Counted from the stretch's first letter, positions 49,247-59,182 are shown. The stretch is DNA of 64,000 bases from Patescibacteria group bacterium (GCA_041645215.1 JBAZQK010000004.1:2475-66474); one strand, 5' to 3'. Numbers and translations are program-made. The notes: generated by a model not told the origin, from the letters alone.

Positions 49247-50668
49247 TTATTTTACTGTTTGGTATTTGGGCATGATTAATTTACCCGCCCCCAATGGATT
49301 GTAACCATTTTTAACCTCATCGCCGTCTTTATACCCATCACCATCCGTGTCGGGATTATTTTTATCAGTACCATAAAATTCTTCCTCTTTATCACTTAAC
49401 CCATCATTATCACTATCATTTATAGCTAAATTATCCTTAGTTACTTCTTTTGATATACCGCCCATAAAACCAGCCAGCATTTGATTAAGGTCGGCAACTT
49501 CCTGTGGTACGTCAACTTTAACTGGTTCGTTTATCTTATCTAAATTAATAACTATAGTTATGCTATCTGATTTGTCACCTTTATTGTTTAATTGGGGAAT
49601 TACTATTTTAAAACGCCTGGCTATATAGTCGCTTTTTCCTACCCAGATTTCTCCTGTTAACGGTTCATTATAATCGCTATCTAGCTTTTTTAATTGGTCC
49701 ATTTGCTCTTTATTATAAGCTTCCCCTAAAATCACTGGCCCGGCTTGTTGTAAAAAATCTATTATCGCCTTAGGCTCAATAATAAAACCATAATGGTAGG
49801 AAGCTAAACCATTAATGTTTTCACTGCCATAGCGCTGGTTAAATTTAATAGGTTTGGTTTCTGCAAATATCTGTTTCAACTTGTCTTTTTGTTCCTGGCT
49901 GATAGTTTGAATTTTTTTATAATCAGGTATTTTACCAGATAGTAATGGTGAGTCGGCTAATTGTTCTTGGGAGAATTTAACCCACTGGTTCTTTAACGAA
50001 CTTAAGTCTAAAAAGCCTAAGCTAGGAACGTCTAGCAATTGTAAATAATTTTCTTTATCTTTTTTAATATATTGCAGACCCAATAACATAGGTCGCTCGC
50101 CCTCGCTTAGGCTCAACCACAATTTTCCATCAACTTGGCTGTTTGCCTGGTCTGTTTTATCTTGAGTAAGGTCGAACTTGATACTTAAATTAACTGAACT
50201 AGAATCATTGGGCAATTGTAATAGCGATAGCTGATCTTGGGCCGCACCGCTCAGATTAAATTTGGTACTGACGGTGCTGCTTAAATGAAAAGTCTTAATC
50301 TCTCCCATACTAATCAAACTTTTGCTAACGACTCTTTCCGGCGCTGTCCAATAATAATAGTAATAAGCCCAGGCGCCACCGGCCACTAAAAATAAACAAA
50401 CACTGATAATTGCCATTAACCACCATTTTTTATTAATACCGGAAAACCGTTTAAAAATTTTAACAGCATCAAAATGCCCGCCGCTTGAGGGTAATATTCT
50501 AGCTGAACCCAAGGACGGCACGATTTGAGGATTAACTATTTTATTAAAAGCCTCGTCTATTTGTTCAACTGGCCAACCAGCAGTTAGTAGTCCCTGCTTT
50601 ATGCCGGACTGACCAAGGCCGCGAGTTAATTCATTTTTAATATGGCTTTCTAATTCAAGAGGTTGCAT
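49247..50668 (-). CDS. Membrane-anchored protein with C-terminal bacterial thrombospondin type-3 Ca-binding repeats
   Basis: One TM segment and DSDNDGLSDKEE..GTD..NPDTDGDGYKDGDEV..GYNP. Confidence 0.85.
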   Translation of the reverse strand: MQPLELESHIKNELTRGLGQSGIKQGLLTAGWPVEQIDEAFNKIVNPQIVPSLGSARILPSSGGHFDAVKIFKRFSGINKKWWLMAIISVCLFLVAGGAWAYYYYYWTAPERVVSKSLISMGEIKTFHLSSTVSTKFNLSGAAQDQLSLLQLPNDSSSVNLSIKFDLTQDKTDQANSQVDGKLWLSLSEGERPMLLGLQYIKKDKENYLQLLDVPSLGFLDLSSLKNQWVKFSQEQLADSPLLSGKIPDYKKIQTISQEQKDKLKQIFAETKPIKFNQRYGSENINGLASYHYGFIIEPKAIIDFLQQAGPVILGEAYNKEQMDQLKKLDSDYNEPLTGEIWVGKSDYIARRFKIVIPQLNNKGDKSDSITIVINLDKINEPVKVDVPQEVADLNQMLAGFMGGISKEVTKDNLAINDSDNDGLSDKEEEFYGTDKNNPDTDGDGYKDGDEVKNGYNPLGAGKLIMPKYQTVK

Positions 50669-50896
50669 AGATTAATAAGATTTAATTTTTATTTATCACA
50701 TTTTAATAGTACTCCTTCTGAGAAAAACAAAAAACTGCCCGATTGGCAGTTTGGTTGTATCTTATGGCGGGTGTGTCCCGATGAACGTCGGGAGACCCCC
50801 CATGCCCCGTAGCGTCCTCCAGAGGAGGACTGCTACTGGGTTTCTTCATTACCCCCGAAGAACGAACTGATATTCTTCTACGGGGCAAGTCAGTGA

Positions 50897-51002
50897 ACCC
50901 CGTTAGAAGCTCACACAGGGCATTAAACCCCGTGTTCGCTGTTGAGAATTGGGCATTCATCCCTGCGGCAGAGACCGCAGGGCATCCTGCTTCTAACGGG
51001 GT
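50897..51002. repeat. ACCCCGTTAGAA..TTCTAACGGGGT element, homolog of 15434-15536
   Basis: Same termini and similar internal sequence. Confidence 0.8.
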
Positions 51003-51016
51003 GAAGTACATTCCAC

Positions 51017-51057
51017 TGGTGGGCGGCGATGGATTTGAACCATCGACCTTCTCATTA
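51017..51057 (-). pseudogene. tRNA 3'-half remnant (Ile or Met type)
   Basis: rc TAATGAGAAGGTCGATGGTTCAAATCCATCGCCGCCCACCA. Confidence 0.75.
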
Positions 51058-51081
51058 CCGCGCCCCGTACCAAATTTGGGT

Positions 51082-51174
51082 TGGTGGGTGTGCCTGGATT
51101 CGAACCAGGGACCTCTTCATTATCAGTGACCCCGCACAACTTCGCCTTTGCTCAGTAAACGGGGCAAGAGTGCT
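51082..51174 (-). pseudogene. tRNA-Ile(GAT) 3' remnant interrupted by a CCCCG..CGGGG insertion
   Basis: rc TCA-CTGATAA-TGAAGAGGTCCCTGGTTCGAATCCAGGCACACCCACCA. The sequence resumes as AGTGCT after the insertion. Confidence 0.75.
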
Positions 51175-51181
51175 TTTTCTC

Positions 51182-51490
51182 TGGTGGCTATTTACAACAC
51201 CGGTTGGACTTACTTTAGCAAAAAATCCTGACCCTGACCAGCGATTTACCCCTTCATGCACCCCTTCATTCGCTCGGTCGCGGCTTGAAGGGGCAGATTT
51301 CGCAATATCACGCTTAAACACTCGCTTCTTTCCCCTCACTCCTCGCAAAATCAAAGTCCGACTTCACTACGGAAAGGGTTGCTCCGCTCCTCGCTTCGCT
51401 CGTCGCTCCGCAAGTCGCGGGGTCGCGTCTGGTGGCTCGGCCTTCTCCTTCCGTCCCGCTATTTCTTTTTGCTCGTCGTGGGGGGGGTGA
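51182..51490 (+). repeat. attL-like core plus P' arm, 309-bp perfect inverted repeat of 59241-59549
   Basis: Reverse-complement match. The ORF track shows identical spurious ORFs at 51055(-) and 59377(+). Confidence 0.95.
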
Positions 51491-51572
51491 AGACGGGTAA
51501 AAAGGAAGGACGGAAGGAAGAAGGCCTCGTTAGAGGGGGTCGGAGGGCGTATAATGACAATATAACGCTTCT

Positions 51573-52436
51573 ATGTCAAAACCACGTCTTAAACAATTTG
51601 AACGAGCAGTGGTCGCCGACCCCCTCAAGCTCCAGCCCCGCGACATCGCGCTCCTCCGCAATGTGGCCGAGTTTCGTTTTCTAAACACCGAGCAGATTTT
51701 GACGCTTCACGAGGGAAGCCGCCGCAACCTGATGGAGCGATTGAGCCGCCTCTACCATCACGGCTTTCTTGACCGACCAGTCAGTCAAAGCTCCGCACGC
51801 CTTACCTCGTCGCACATGGTTTACTCCTTGGGACGCAAAGGAGCGGAGCAACTGTCAAAAGACGCGGAGGAGCGCGAAGGGATTTATCGCCGCGTCAAAG
51901 AAGTTGAGCGAACGCTCCCTCTTATGGCTCACGCCTTGATGATTTCTCAATTCCGAGTTTGCCTTACGCTGGCGGCGAAAACTCACGGGGTTAAAATTAC
52001 TCGCTGGTCGCAAGGTTACGACTTAAAAGAAACCTTGCGTCATGTCCACGGCGAAAATCCCTCGTTAGTGCCGGACGCATTTTTTACGCTGGAAGATAAA
52101 GATGATGTTATCAACTTTTTTCTTGAAGCCGACAGAGGCACGATGACGGCGGAAAGGTTTGTAAATAAATTAAAAACATATTGGTCGTGGCGAAGCGACG
52201 AGAGGTTGAAAAAGAAACTCCGTCTTGCCCGTTTCCGCGTCCTCACTATCGCCCCGTCGGAACGACGGAGCGACAGTTTACGGAACGCTGGAAAGGGCGG
52301 CGACCCGCGAGGAGAAGGAAGTTTAATGTTTTTATTCGCTTCCGAAACGCGATATAATACGGCTACACCAAAGACGATTCTCCAAACGATATGGAAATCG
52401 CCCAAGGACGAAATTCCTCACTCTATTTTAGAGTAG
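51573..52436 (+). CDS. Replication-relaxation (Replic_Relax / MOBC-type) relaxase
   Basis: N-terminal wHTH (RDIALL..FRFLNTEQI..RLSRL..G..YSLG), H.L, PDAFF and FLEADRGT. Confidence 0.88.
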   Translation: MSKPRLKQFERAVVADPLKLQPRDIALLRNVAEFRFLNTEQILTLHEGSRRNLMERLSRLYHHGFLDRPVSQSSARLTSSHMVYSLGRKGAEQLSKDAEEREGIYRRVKEVERTLPLMAHALMISQFRVCLTLAAKTHGVKITRWSQGYDLKETLRHVHGENPSLVPDAFFTLEDKDDVINFFLEADRGTMTAERFVNKLKTYWSWRSDERLKKKLRLARFRVLTIAPSERRSDSLRNAGKGGDPRGEGSLMFLFASETRYNTATPKTILQTIWKSPKDEIPHSILE

Positions 52437-52445
52437 AGTGTTATA

Positions 52446-52613
52446 ATGGATTTAGAAAACAGAATGGTTTGGAAGCAAAAGTTATTTCCAATAATCATAT
52501 ATATTGTAATCGGATTTTTTAGTAGCGCGGGTTCAGAAAATCCTGCTTCAAAAGCATATGCGCCAACTATTCCACCGCAAACCAATCCGTTTTACGAGGA
52601 TATAACCGCATAG
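52446..52613 (+). CDS. Possible 55-aa membrane peptide or gene remnant
   Basis: MDLENRMVWKQKLFPIIIYIVIGFFSSAG... with one TM segment. Confidence 0.35.
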   Translation: MDLENRMVWKQKLFPIIIYIVIGFFSSAGSENPASKAYAPTIPPQTNPFYEDITA

Positions 52614-52690
52614 TTTTCTGGTAAAATTAAGTAAATAGCCGTCAGTCGAAACGGCTTTAATTAAGCAGTTGTTTAATAAAATCTTATATT

Positions 52691-53437
52691 ATGGGAACTT
52701 TAATTTTTTGGATTGTCGTTATCGCCTTCGTGGGCTATATCTACCTGCGGCGGAAAAAGAAGATTCCGCCTCTTTTCAGTTTGAACGCCAAAGCGGGAGG
52801 TCTCGGCAAAGGAACATCGGTCATTAACGAAAACAACATCGTGGAGGAGTGGTCGCAAATCATACTCGGTATGGGCGGCAAAGGCGAGGAACTCCTGAAA
52901 TCCATCACCGCCAAACTTCAGGCCCAAAACTTGCCGGATGTGGTCTTTGCCCGCAAAGAGGCGTCTTTGGGCCAGTCAAATTACACCTTGGGCGACAAGA
53001 GATACGAGTTTGTTACTATGCGTCACCAACGCTACCCCGACTACGAGATGTTTATCGGCGCGATTGACCGCGCGGGACAGCTTAAGGTGTCGTGGTATCT
53101 TACTGTCGCCTTGCCGGGGAGAATTATGGGAAAGTTGCGGGCCATAAACAAAGCGGACAGGGACGCCATGCCCCGCGCATTGAGAGCACCTCAAATGCTC
53201 TCCAAGACGCTCGGTAAAATGCTCGCCCAGCGGCTAAACGAAAAGATGGCCGGTAAGCCCGTGCCGATTCGCGTCCGGCCGGAGGATATGACGATGGACG
53301 ACAAGGAAGAACTCGGCACATACATTACCGTCGCCCACAATGTCGTCTTGGCCGCGCTGGAGGAAATGATGAACGACCTCAAACTGGATTTCTCCAAAGT
53401 GGACAAGCACACGCAGGGCTTCCTTAATCTTTCGTAG
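52691..53437 (+). CDS. Membrane-anchored hypothetical protein, operonic with the ATPase
   Basis: N-terminal TM segment and a 2-nt gap to the next ATG. Confidence 0.8.
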   Translation: MGTLIFWIVVIAFVGYIYLRRKKKIPPLFSLNAKAGGLGKGTSVINENNIVEEWSQIILGMGGKGEELLKSITAKLQAQNLPDVVFARKEASLGQSNYTLGDKRYEFVTMRHQRYPDYEMFIGAIDRAGQLKVSWYLTVALPGRIMGKLRAINKADRDAMPRALRAPQMLSKTLGKMLAQRLNEKMAGKPVPIRVRPEDMTMDDKEELGTYITVAHNVVLAALEEMMNDLKLDFSKVDKHTQGFLNLS

Positions 53438-53439
53438 TT

Positions 53440-54936
53440 ATGGAAAGCAATTTCCAAAAATGGCTACGGCTTGTTTTCAGCAAGCCGAAAGTTTTGCCGA
53501 TTTGGGCTAATGAAGAAAACCAAGAGCCGCTTTTACGCTCCCGCTCGCCGAACCCCGACGAGCTGGCTTTGGGTTGGGCGGCGGGCAAGGACGAAACGGA
53601 CAACCGCGAAGTCCATCAACTAAAAGGCGTGTCCCAAGAACACCGCGACACGCATTTTTACGTCATCGGGGCTTCCGGTAGCGGCAAAACTAAATTTTTG
53701 GAAACGCTCGCCAAGCAGGACATAGAAAACGGCTTGGGCTTCGGGGTGCTTGACCCGCACGGCGACCTGACGGAAGACATCAAGGGCTATCTCTACGTTT
53801 TGAAAAAGCACGCGGCCGAACAGCTTCAAGAGCGTGTTGTCCTGATTGATCCCACTGACCCGAAATATACTGTCGCCTTCAATCCGCTTGAAATAACCAA
53901 AGGAGAATCCGCCGCCTCCGTTGCCTCCGAGCTTACGGAAGCGTTCAAGAAAATATGGAAGGACGCTTGGGGCGCGAGAATGGAGGACTTATTAAAAAAC
54001 TCCCTTATCGCCCTTATTGAAAACGACCTCACGCTCGCCGAGTTGCCTTTGTTTCTTACCAACGCCGAAGTGCGTCGCAAGATTTTGGAAAAAGTTAATC
54101 ACGGCGTCAGCCGCCAGTATTTTGAGCGGTTTAATTCTTTGCGGCGAACTACGCAAGACGAGTGGATGGAATCCACTTTGAATAAAGTGAACGCCTTTTT
54201 ATTTGACGACAATATCCGGCAAATGCTCTCCTCGCCCAAAAGCTCTTTCAACCTGCGGGACGTAATGGACGAGGGGAAAATTCTCCTCGTTAAACTGGAC
54301 AAGGGCAGGTTGAAAGGCAACGCCGATCTTTTGGGGTCGCTTATGCTCGCCAAAATACAGGCGGCGGCGTTCTCCCGCACCGACACGCCGGAGCTTCAAC
54401 GGCAGAAGTTTTATTTATACATAGACGAGTTCCAAAACTTTGCGACAGAGAATTTTATCAGTATGCTCGGTGAAGCTCGCAAGTATCGGCTCGCGTTGTT
54501 GTTGGCTCATCAAAACCTCGCCCAACTGCCCGCCACCCTGCGGGCTTCCATTCTTTCCAACTGCGGGCTTCAAGCGTATTTCAGAATATCGCGCGACGAC
54601 TCCAACATTTTGGCGAAAGAATCACTCGCCTCAATTTACAACGACCCGCCCGGCTGGGAGCGATATATTCAAGCACTTCAAGAATTGCCGCGTCGCGGGT
54701 GCGTCATAAAAAACAAAATTGACGGCGGGGTGATTGCCGTGCGGACGCTCGACCTTCTTCCTCCGCACGAATTGGCGGAAACGGACGAGGAGCAATTCGT
54801 CAAAGAAGTTGCCGCCTGCGAGATAGGCAAAAACTATCTTTGCGAAAGGAAGAAGATCGAGGAAGAATACAAGGCACGGCGGGACAAGCTCACCAGAGCC
54901 GACGAATCGGAGAGTTTCAGAGAGCCGAGGCGTTAA
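53440..54936 (+). CDS. Type IV coupling protein-like ATPase (TraD/TrwB/HerA-like), copy A
   Basis: HFYVIGASGSGKT, LDPHGD, FNPL, LYIDEFQNF, EARKY..LLLAHQ. Confidence 0.9.
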   Translation: MESNFQKWLRLVFSKPKVLPIWANEENQEPLLRSRSPNPDELALGWAAGKDETDNREVHQLKGVSQEHRDTHFYVIGASGSGKTKFLETLAKQDIENGLGFGVLDPHGDLTEDIKGYLYVLKKHAAEQLQERVVLIDPTDPKYTVAFNPLEITKGESAASVASELTEAFKKIWKDAWGARMEDLLKNSLIALIENDLTLAELPLFLTNAEVRRKILEKVNHGVSRQYFERFNSLRRTTQDEWMESTLNKVNAFLFDDNIRQMLSSPKSSFNLRDVMDEGKILLVKLDKGRLKGNADLLGSLMLAKIQAAAFSRTDTPELQRQKFYLYIDEFQNFATENFISMLGEARKYRLALLLAHQNLAQLPATLRASILSNCGLQAYFRISRDDSNILAKESLASIYNDPPGWERYIQALQELPRRGCVIKNKIDGGVIAVRTLDLLPPHELAETDEEQFVKEVAACEIGKNYLCERKKIEEEYKARRDKLTRADESESFREPRR

Positions 54937-55028
54937 TTGGACTGTTTCAATAATACGGATATAATGAGGGTATTATAAATTCTTTAAGGTCGAGACCATA
55001 AAAACTTTAATTATAAACAAATAATCTT

Positions 55029-55736
55029 ATGAAAAAAATAACCTTTTTAACTTTAGCTCTTGCGGTTGTTATCACAACCGGCAACCTTGTTGCCGTAGCT
55101 GAAATAAACCCACTGGCGGGAAAAATCATCGCGCTTGACGCCGGACACGGCGATACGGACGGTGCGGTAAATGAGAGAGTGCTGAAATCTGACGGCACGC
55201 CCGTAACAGAGGCGGAGGTAAACTGGGATGTAGTCCAAGCGTTAAAAACAAAGTTGGAAATTTCTAACGGCGCGTATGTGGTGGTCACCGAGCGTTTCTC
55301 AACGCGGCGGGATAGAGTGAACGACGCAGTAACGAAATGCGCCGAGCTTGATGTGGATGGCGTTGTTGGGGCAGACAACAGAAAGTGCGATGTCTTGGTA
55401 TCAGTTCACCACAACGGGAGCACCGACCCGACACATGACGGCACGCTCACTATTTACACCCAGAACTCGGACAAGCCGTTGGCTAAAGCCCTTTACGATT
55501 CATTGCTCCCTCTTACCAATAAACCGGAAGGAATGTTGAACGGCGGCTATGGGATGACAGTATATAAAAATCTTGTTTCTACCATCACCGAAGCGTATTA
55601 CATTACTAACGACGACGAAGCGCGTTTATGGCTTTCCGGCACAAGAACACCGGAGGAAGTAGACGCACAAATTGTCGGACTGACCAATTACTTCGCTTCT
55701 CAATCTTCCGGCGGCAAGGGAGGAAAACCAAGATAA
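55029..55736 (+). CDS. N-acetylmuramoyl-L-alanine amidase (Amidase_3)
   Basis: Signal peptide, IALDAGHG, E, LVSVHHN and TEAYYITN. Confidence 0.9.
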   Translation: MKKITFLTLALAVVITTGNLVAVAEINPLAGKIIALDAGHGDTDGAVNERVLKSDGTPVTEAEVNWDVVQALKTKLEISNGAYVVVTERFSTRRDRVNDAVTKCAELDVDGVVGADNRKCDVLVSVHHNGSTDPTHDGTLTIYTQNSDKPLAKALYDSLLPLTNKPEGMLNGGYGMTVYKNLVSTITEAYYITNDDEARLWLSGTRTPEEVDAQIVGLTNYFASQSSGGKGGKPR

Positions 55737-56259
55737 CCGCCCGCCCGCCGAAAACCTCTCCCTTGAAAAAACTCGCTTGACGAAAATCTCACCCGAAACC
55801 GCTTAATCGCTATTACAGAATGTCTGCGACATACTGTAATTTTCTGGCTTGATTTTCTGCTCTTTTTTCTCGGTCGCTTTCCTCAAAAACCTTTTCTCTC
55901 CGAGTAAAGTTTTTTCAGGAATTTTCGGCGTTATGGCGTCCGAATCCTTACCGCCTTTTGAAAGCACCCCGCAATACGATTGTGGCGTGTTTTCAAAACT
56001 CATTCGCCAAAGGCGAAAGAGCAAGGACGGACGGCTTCGTCCGCCATTTCAAAAAAGCCCCGCCCTACGCGGGGCTTTTCACATTTTCCTTATTGCCATC
56101 AGTGTCTCTTAATTTTAGCGTCAGCTTATCGCCCGTAAAGGTAGTACAAAGTCTCCACCTTGACTGGCGCAAGCTATCAGCCGCTTTCTCCTGCTTCGGT
56201 CGATGGCAGATAAGGCGGCGATGCCAAACAACATAAATAGCCGCCAGTTAAATAAAAAC

Positions 56260-56556
56260 ATGATTAAACAAATCATATCTAACTGGACGGGTTCAGAGAA
56301 AACGTCCGACCTCGTTCGCGGTCAAATCGCGGAACGCTGGGGAGCCGAAGAGGCCAAGCGTTACGATCCGAGGACGAATTGCCTCACTTTCAAAGCGTGG
56401 GGCGATAATGGCTATGTCGTCCGCAAGGGCGAGAAAGCCATTAAATCCTTCATCATCGTTGAGAAGAAGGATGAAAAGACGGGAGAAGTCGTTGAAAAAC
56501 GACTCAAGAATATCTTCCTCTTTTACGAGAAGCAGGTCGAGAAGCTTCCCGCGTAA
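56260..56556 (+). CDS. ArdC N-terminal-like ssDNA-binding domain protein
   Basis: TFKAW..GYVVRKGEKAI...F...QVE motif, followed by a terminator. Confidence 0.75.
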   Translation: MIKQIISNWTGSEKTSDLVRGQIAERWGAEEAKRYDPRTNCLTFKAWGDNGYVVRKGEKAIKSFIIVEKKDEKTGEVVEKRLKNIFLFYEKQVEKLPA

Positions 56557-56559
56557 CAG

Positions 56560-56600
56560 AAAGGGAGCCGGCTCCGGAAACGGGGTTGGCTCCCTTTTTT
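56560..56600 (+). terminator. Intrinsic terminator
   Basis: AAAGGGAGCC..GGCTCCCTTTTTT. Confidence 0.7.
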
Positions 56601-56716
56601 GCGTTTACACTGAACTGGTTTTTTAAGATAGTATTTTATGAGTAATCGTTAAATCGGAAAGTTTCAGAGAACCGAAAACATTGACAGAATAAACAAGCCA
56701 TTGTTTAATTTTGTCA

Positions 56717-57538
56717 ATGGAGTCCACCGAAAAAAGATTTTTACGGACATTAGGAATAGCGATGGGAATTCTCTTTTTAGGTGGTCTAATCATTTTCATA
56801 GACACTCTAACACCGCCGCTTCCAACTCCTCAAACCGTTATTAAGGAAGCTCCGCAAGAAATTCCAAAAAGCGACAATGCGGACTACTCAACCATAGTTG
56901 CCGAGTGGCAAAACAGAGTGGTTCGAGTTACCTGCTATTGGAGTAGCTCTAACGAACAACCGCTAACATTAGTGGGAGGGTCTGCCCTCTTGACCACCAT
57001 TGCCGACTATGGCTTTGTGGCCGTGACAAACAAACACGTCATAACCGATTCTTATGGTAGGACGGCAGACAGTTGCGGTTTACTCTTAGTGGGGTTCGGG
57101 GATATTAGTTCTATGGAGACTAATCCGCTTAAATTTCTTTACGGCGATCCCTTTTTGGTTGATTCGAATAGTAGAGATGTGGCGTATATAAAACTTGGTC
57201 GCGCGAATATTTTGCGTGACAAAAACGGATTGTTCGCTGCAGCCGCCAAAGCGGCGTTAAATCTATGCTCTGTATCGAGAGTTCGTATTGGTGATGAATT
57301 AATTGTTTTGGGTTATCCAACTATCGGAAGTCAAAATGGAATCACCGTTACAAAGGGGATTATTGCGGGAATTGAGAATGACTATTACGTGACGGATGCG
57401 AAAATTGATCATGGTAACTCCGGTGGTGCGGCCATTCTTATTAAAGATGATTGCTATATTGGGATACCGACATGGGCGAGTACCGGTAGCGTTGAATCGC
57501 TTGGAAGAATATTAAAAACCGATTTTTATTACCCATAA
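56717..57538 (+). CDS. Membrane-anchored trypsin-like serine protease
   Basis: TNKHV, DVA and IDHGNSGG catalytic triad. Confidence 0.88.
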   Translation: MESTEKRFLRTLGIAMGILFLGGLIIFIDTLTPPLPTPQTVIKEAPQEIPKSDNADYSTIVAEWQNRVVRVTCYWSSSNEQPLTLVGGSALLTTIADYGFVAVTNKHVITDSYGRTADSCGLLLVGFGDISSMETNPLKFLYGDPFLVDSNSRDVAYIKLGRANILRDKNGLFAAAAKAALNLCSVSRVRIGDELIVLGYPTIGSQNGITVTKGIIAGIENDYYVTDAKIDHGNSGGAAILIKDDCYIGIPTWASTGSVESLGRILKTDFYYP

Positions 57539-57568
57539 AACAATACAATTTTGCGCTTCTTTATTTTT

Positions 57569-57641
57569 GCCCTCGTAGCTCAATGGACAGAGCAAGACGC
57601 TTCTATCGTCAAGGTTGGGGGTTCGATTCCCTCCGAGGGCG
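57569..57641 (+). tRNA. tRNA-Arg(TCT) carried inside element 2 (no CCA; top anticodon-stem pair mismatched)
   Basis: GCCCTCGTAGCTCAATGGACAGAGCA-AGACG-CTTCTAT-CGTCA-AGGTTGGGGGTTCGATTCCCTCCGAGGGCG. Confidence 0.85.
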
Positions 57642-57892
57642 CAAATCTTGACTTTCGTATCTCTAATGTTGTATAACTCTTTTAAGTTTCATTACCCTCG
57701 CTTCTCCTGCACAAAGGATGTCGCGGGCGGGACGGCTTGGGGAAATACAAAAGCCGGTCCCGACCTTCAAACAATCTTTCCCCGATTGATTGAGGACGGA
57801 ATGGACACGATTTAATAAGTTAGGGCACACGGCAAAAGGGCGAGCAATCGCCCTTTTGTCTTTATGAAAGCTACGGAAAACAACTTTATTCT

Positions 57893-59182
57893 TTGGACGA
57901 ACATCATTTGGACGAAATAGAATCGCTCGGCGAAACTACTTTTAGAGAACAGCGTCGTGCGTTCGGAATAAGACCCAAAGACCGACGCCATCATGTTTAT
58001 ATCATCGGCAAGACCGGCACGGGCAAATCCACTCTTATCAAAAACATGGTCATTCAAGACCTGCGTCTGAATCACGGCGTCGCTCTTATTGATCCTCACG
58101 GCGACTTGGTGGAGGACATATTAAACTTCATACCGAAAACGCGGACAAACGAAGTTGTCTATTTCAATCCTGCGGACACCGAGCACCCTGTCGCTATCAA
58201 CATACTTGAAGCGAAGGGCGACGAGGAAAAACAACTCGTCGCCTCATCGCTTATTTCCGTTTTCCGTCATTTGTGGAAAGAGTTTTGGGGTCCCCGTCTT
58301 GAACACATTTTATACAACTGCGTCTTGGCTTTGATGGACACGCCCGGGCAAACTTTGCTCGGCGTGTATCGCATGCTCGTGGATGACGAGTTCAGAAAAC
58401 TCATCGTCGGCAACATCAAAGACCCGATTGTAAAAATGTTTTGGGTCGAGGATTATGAAAGTTACGACACCCGTTTTCGCAAGGAAATAATCTCGCCCGT
58501 TCAAAACAAAGTGGGACAACTTCTCACATCTCCGCAAATGCGAAACATCGTCGGCCAAGCCAAAAGCTCGGTGGACTTCGGTTTTGTGATGGACCAAAAG
58601 CGGATTCTTTTGGCCAATCTTTCCAAGGGGAAAGTTGGCGAAGATAAATCAAACCTGCTCGGTTCGGCCATCGTTACTAAAATGTATCTCTCCGCTTTGG
58701 AGCGGCAGAACTTGCCGGAGGAGCACCGCAAGGACTTCTATCTCTACATAGACGAATTTCAGAATTTTTCCACCGACATTTTCCCGTCTATCCTCTCCGA
58801 AGCTCGTAAATACCGCTTGAACCTCAACCTCGCCCATCAATACCTCTACCAACTGCCCGAAGGCATCAAGCACGCCGTTTTCGGAAACGTCGGGACTGTC
58901 ATTTCCTTCCGCGTCGGGAGCTACGACGCCAAAGAACTGGCGGAAGAAATGAAGCCCGTATTTACGAGCGAGGACTTGGAGAACTTGGACAATCATCATA
59001 TCGCCTTGCGGCTCTTGATAGACGGAAAAATGTCTCACGCTTTCTCCGCCGTTACCTTTCCGCCCCTGAAACCCACCGGACGGGAAGCGGAACGGGACAC
59101 GGTTTTACGAATATCGCGGGAACGCTACGCTACTCCGCGCGATATTGTAGAAGAAAAATTAAAAAATTGGTTTGAAAAATAA
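57893..59182 (+). CDS. Type IV coupling protein-like ATPase, copy B
   Basis: DRRHHVYIIGKTGTGKS, IDPHGD, WGPRLE, LYIDEFQNF, SEARKY..AHQY, FGNVGT. TTG start. Confidence 0.9.
   Translation: MDEHHLDEIESLGETTFREQRRAFGIRPKDRRHHVYIIGKTGTGKSTLIKNMVIQDLRLNHGVALIDPHGDLVEDILNFIPKTRTNEVVYFNPADTEHPVAINILEAKGDEEKQLVASSLISVFRHLWKEFWGPRLEHILYNCVLALMDTPGQTLLGVYRMLVDDEFRKLIVGNIKDPIVKMFWVEDYESYDTRFRKEIISPVQNKVGQLLTSPQMRNIVGQAKSSVDFGFVMDQKRILLANLSKGKVGEDKSNLLGSAIVTKMYLSALERQNLPEEHRKDFYLYIDEFQNFSTDIFPSILSEARKYRLNLNLAHQYLYQLPEGIKHAVFGNVGTVISFRVGSYDAKELAEEMKPVFTSEDLENLDNHHIALRLLIDGKMSHAFSAVTFPPLKPTGREAERDTVLRISRERYATPRDIVEEKLKNWFEK

Noticed and set aside
50703-51129. ORFs in ACCCCGTTAGAA elements (also 6867-7088 and 15280-15501)
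   Set aside because: They are translations of non-coding palindromic repeats.
51029-51684. ORFs 51029-51490, 51055-51354, 51379-51684 and their mirror 59377-59697
   Set aside because: They lie in tRNA remnants and the 309-bp inverted repeat; the identical translations simply reflect the repeat.
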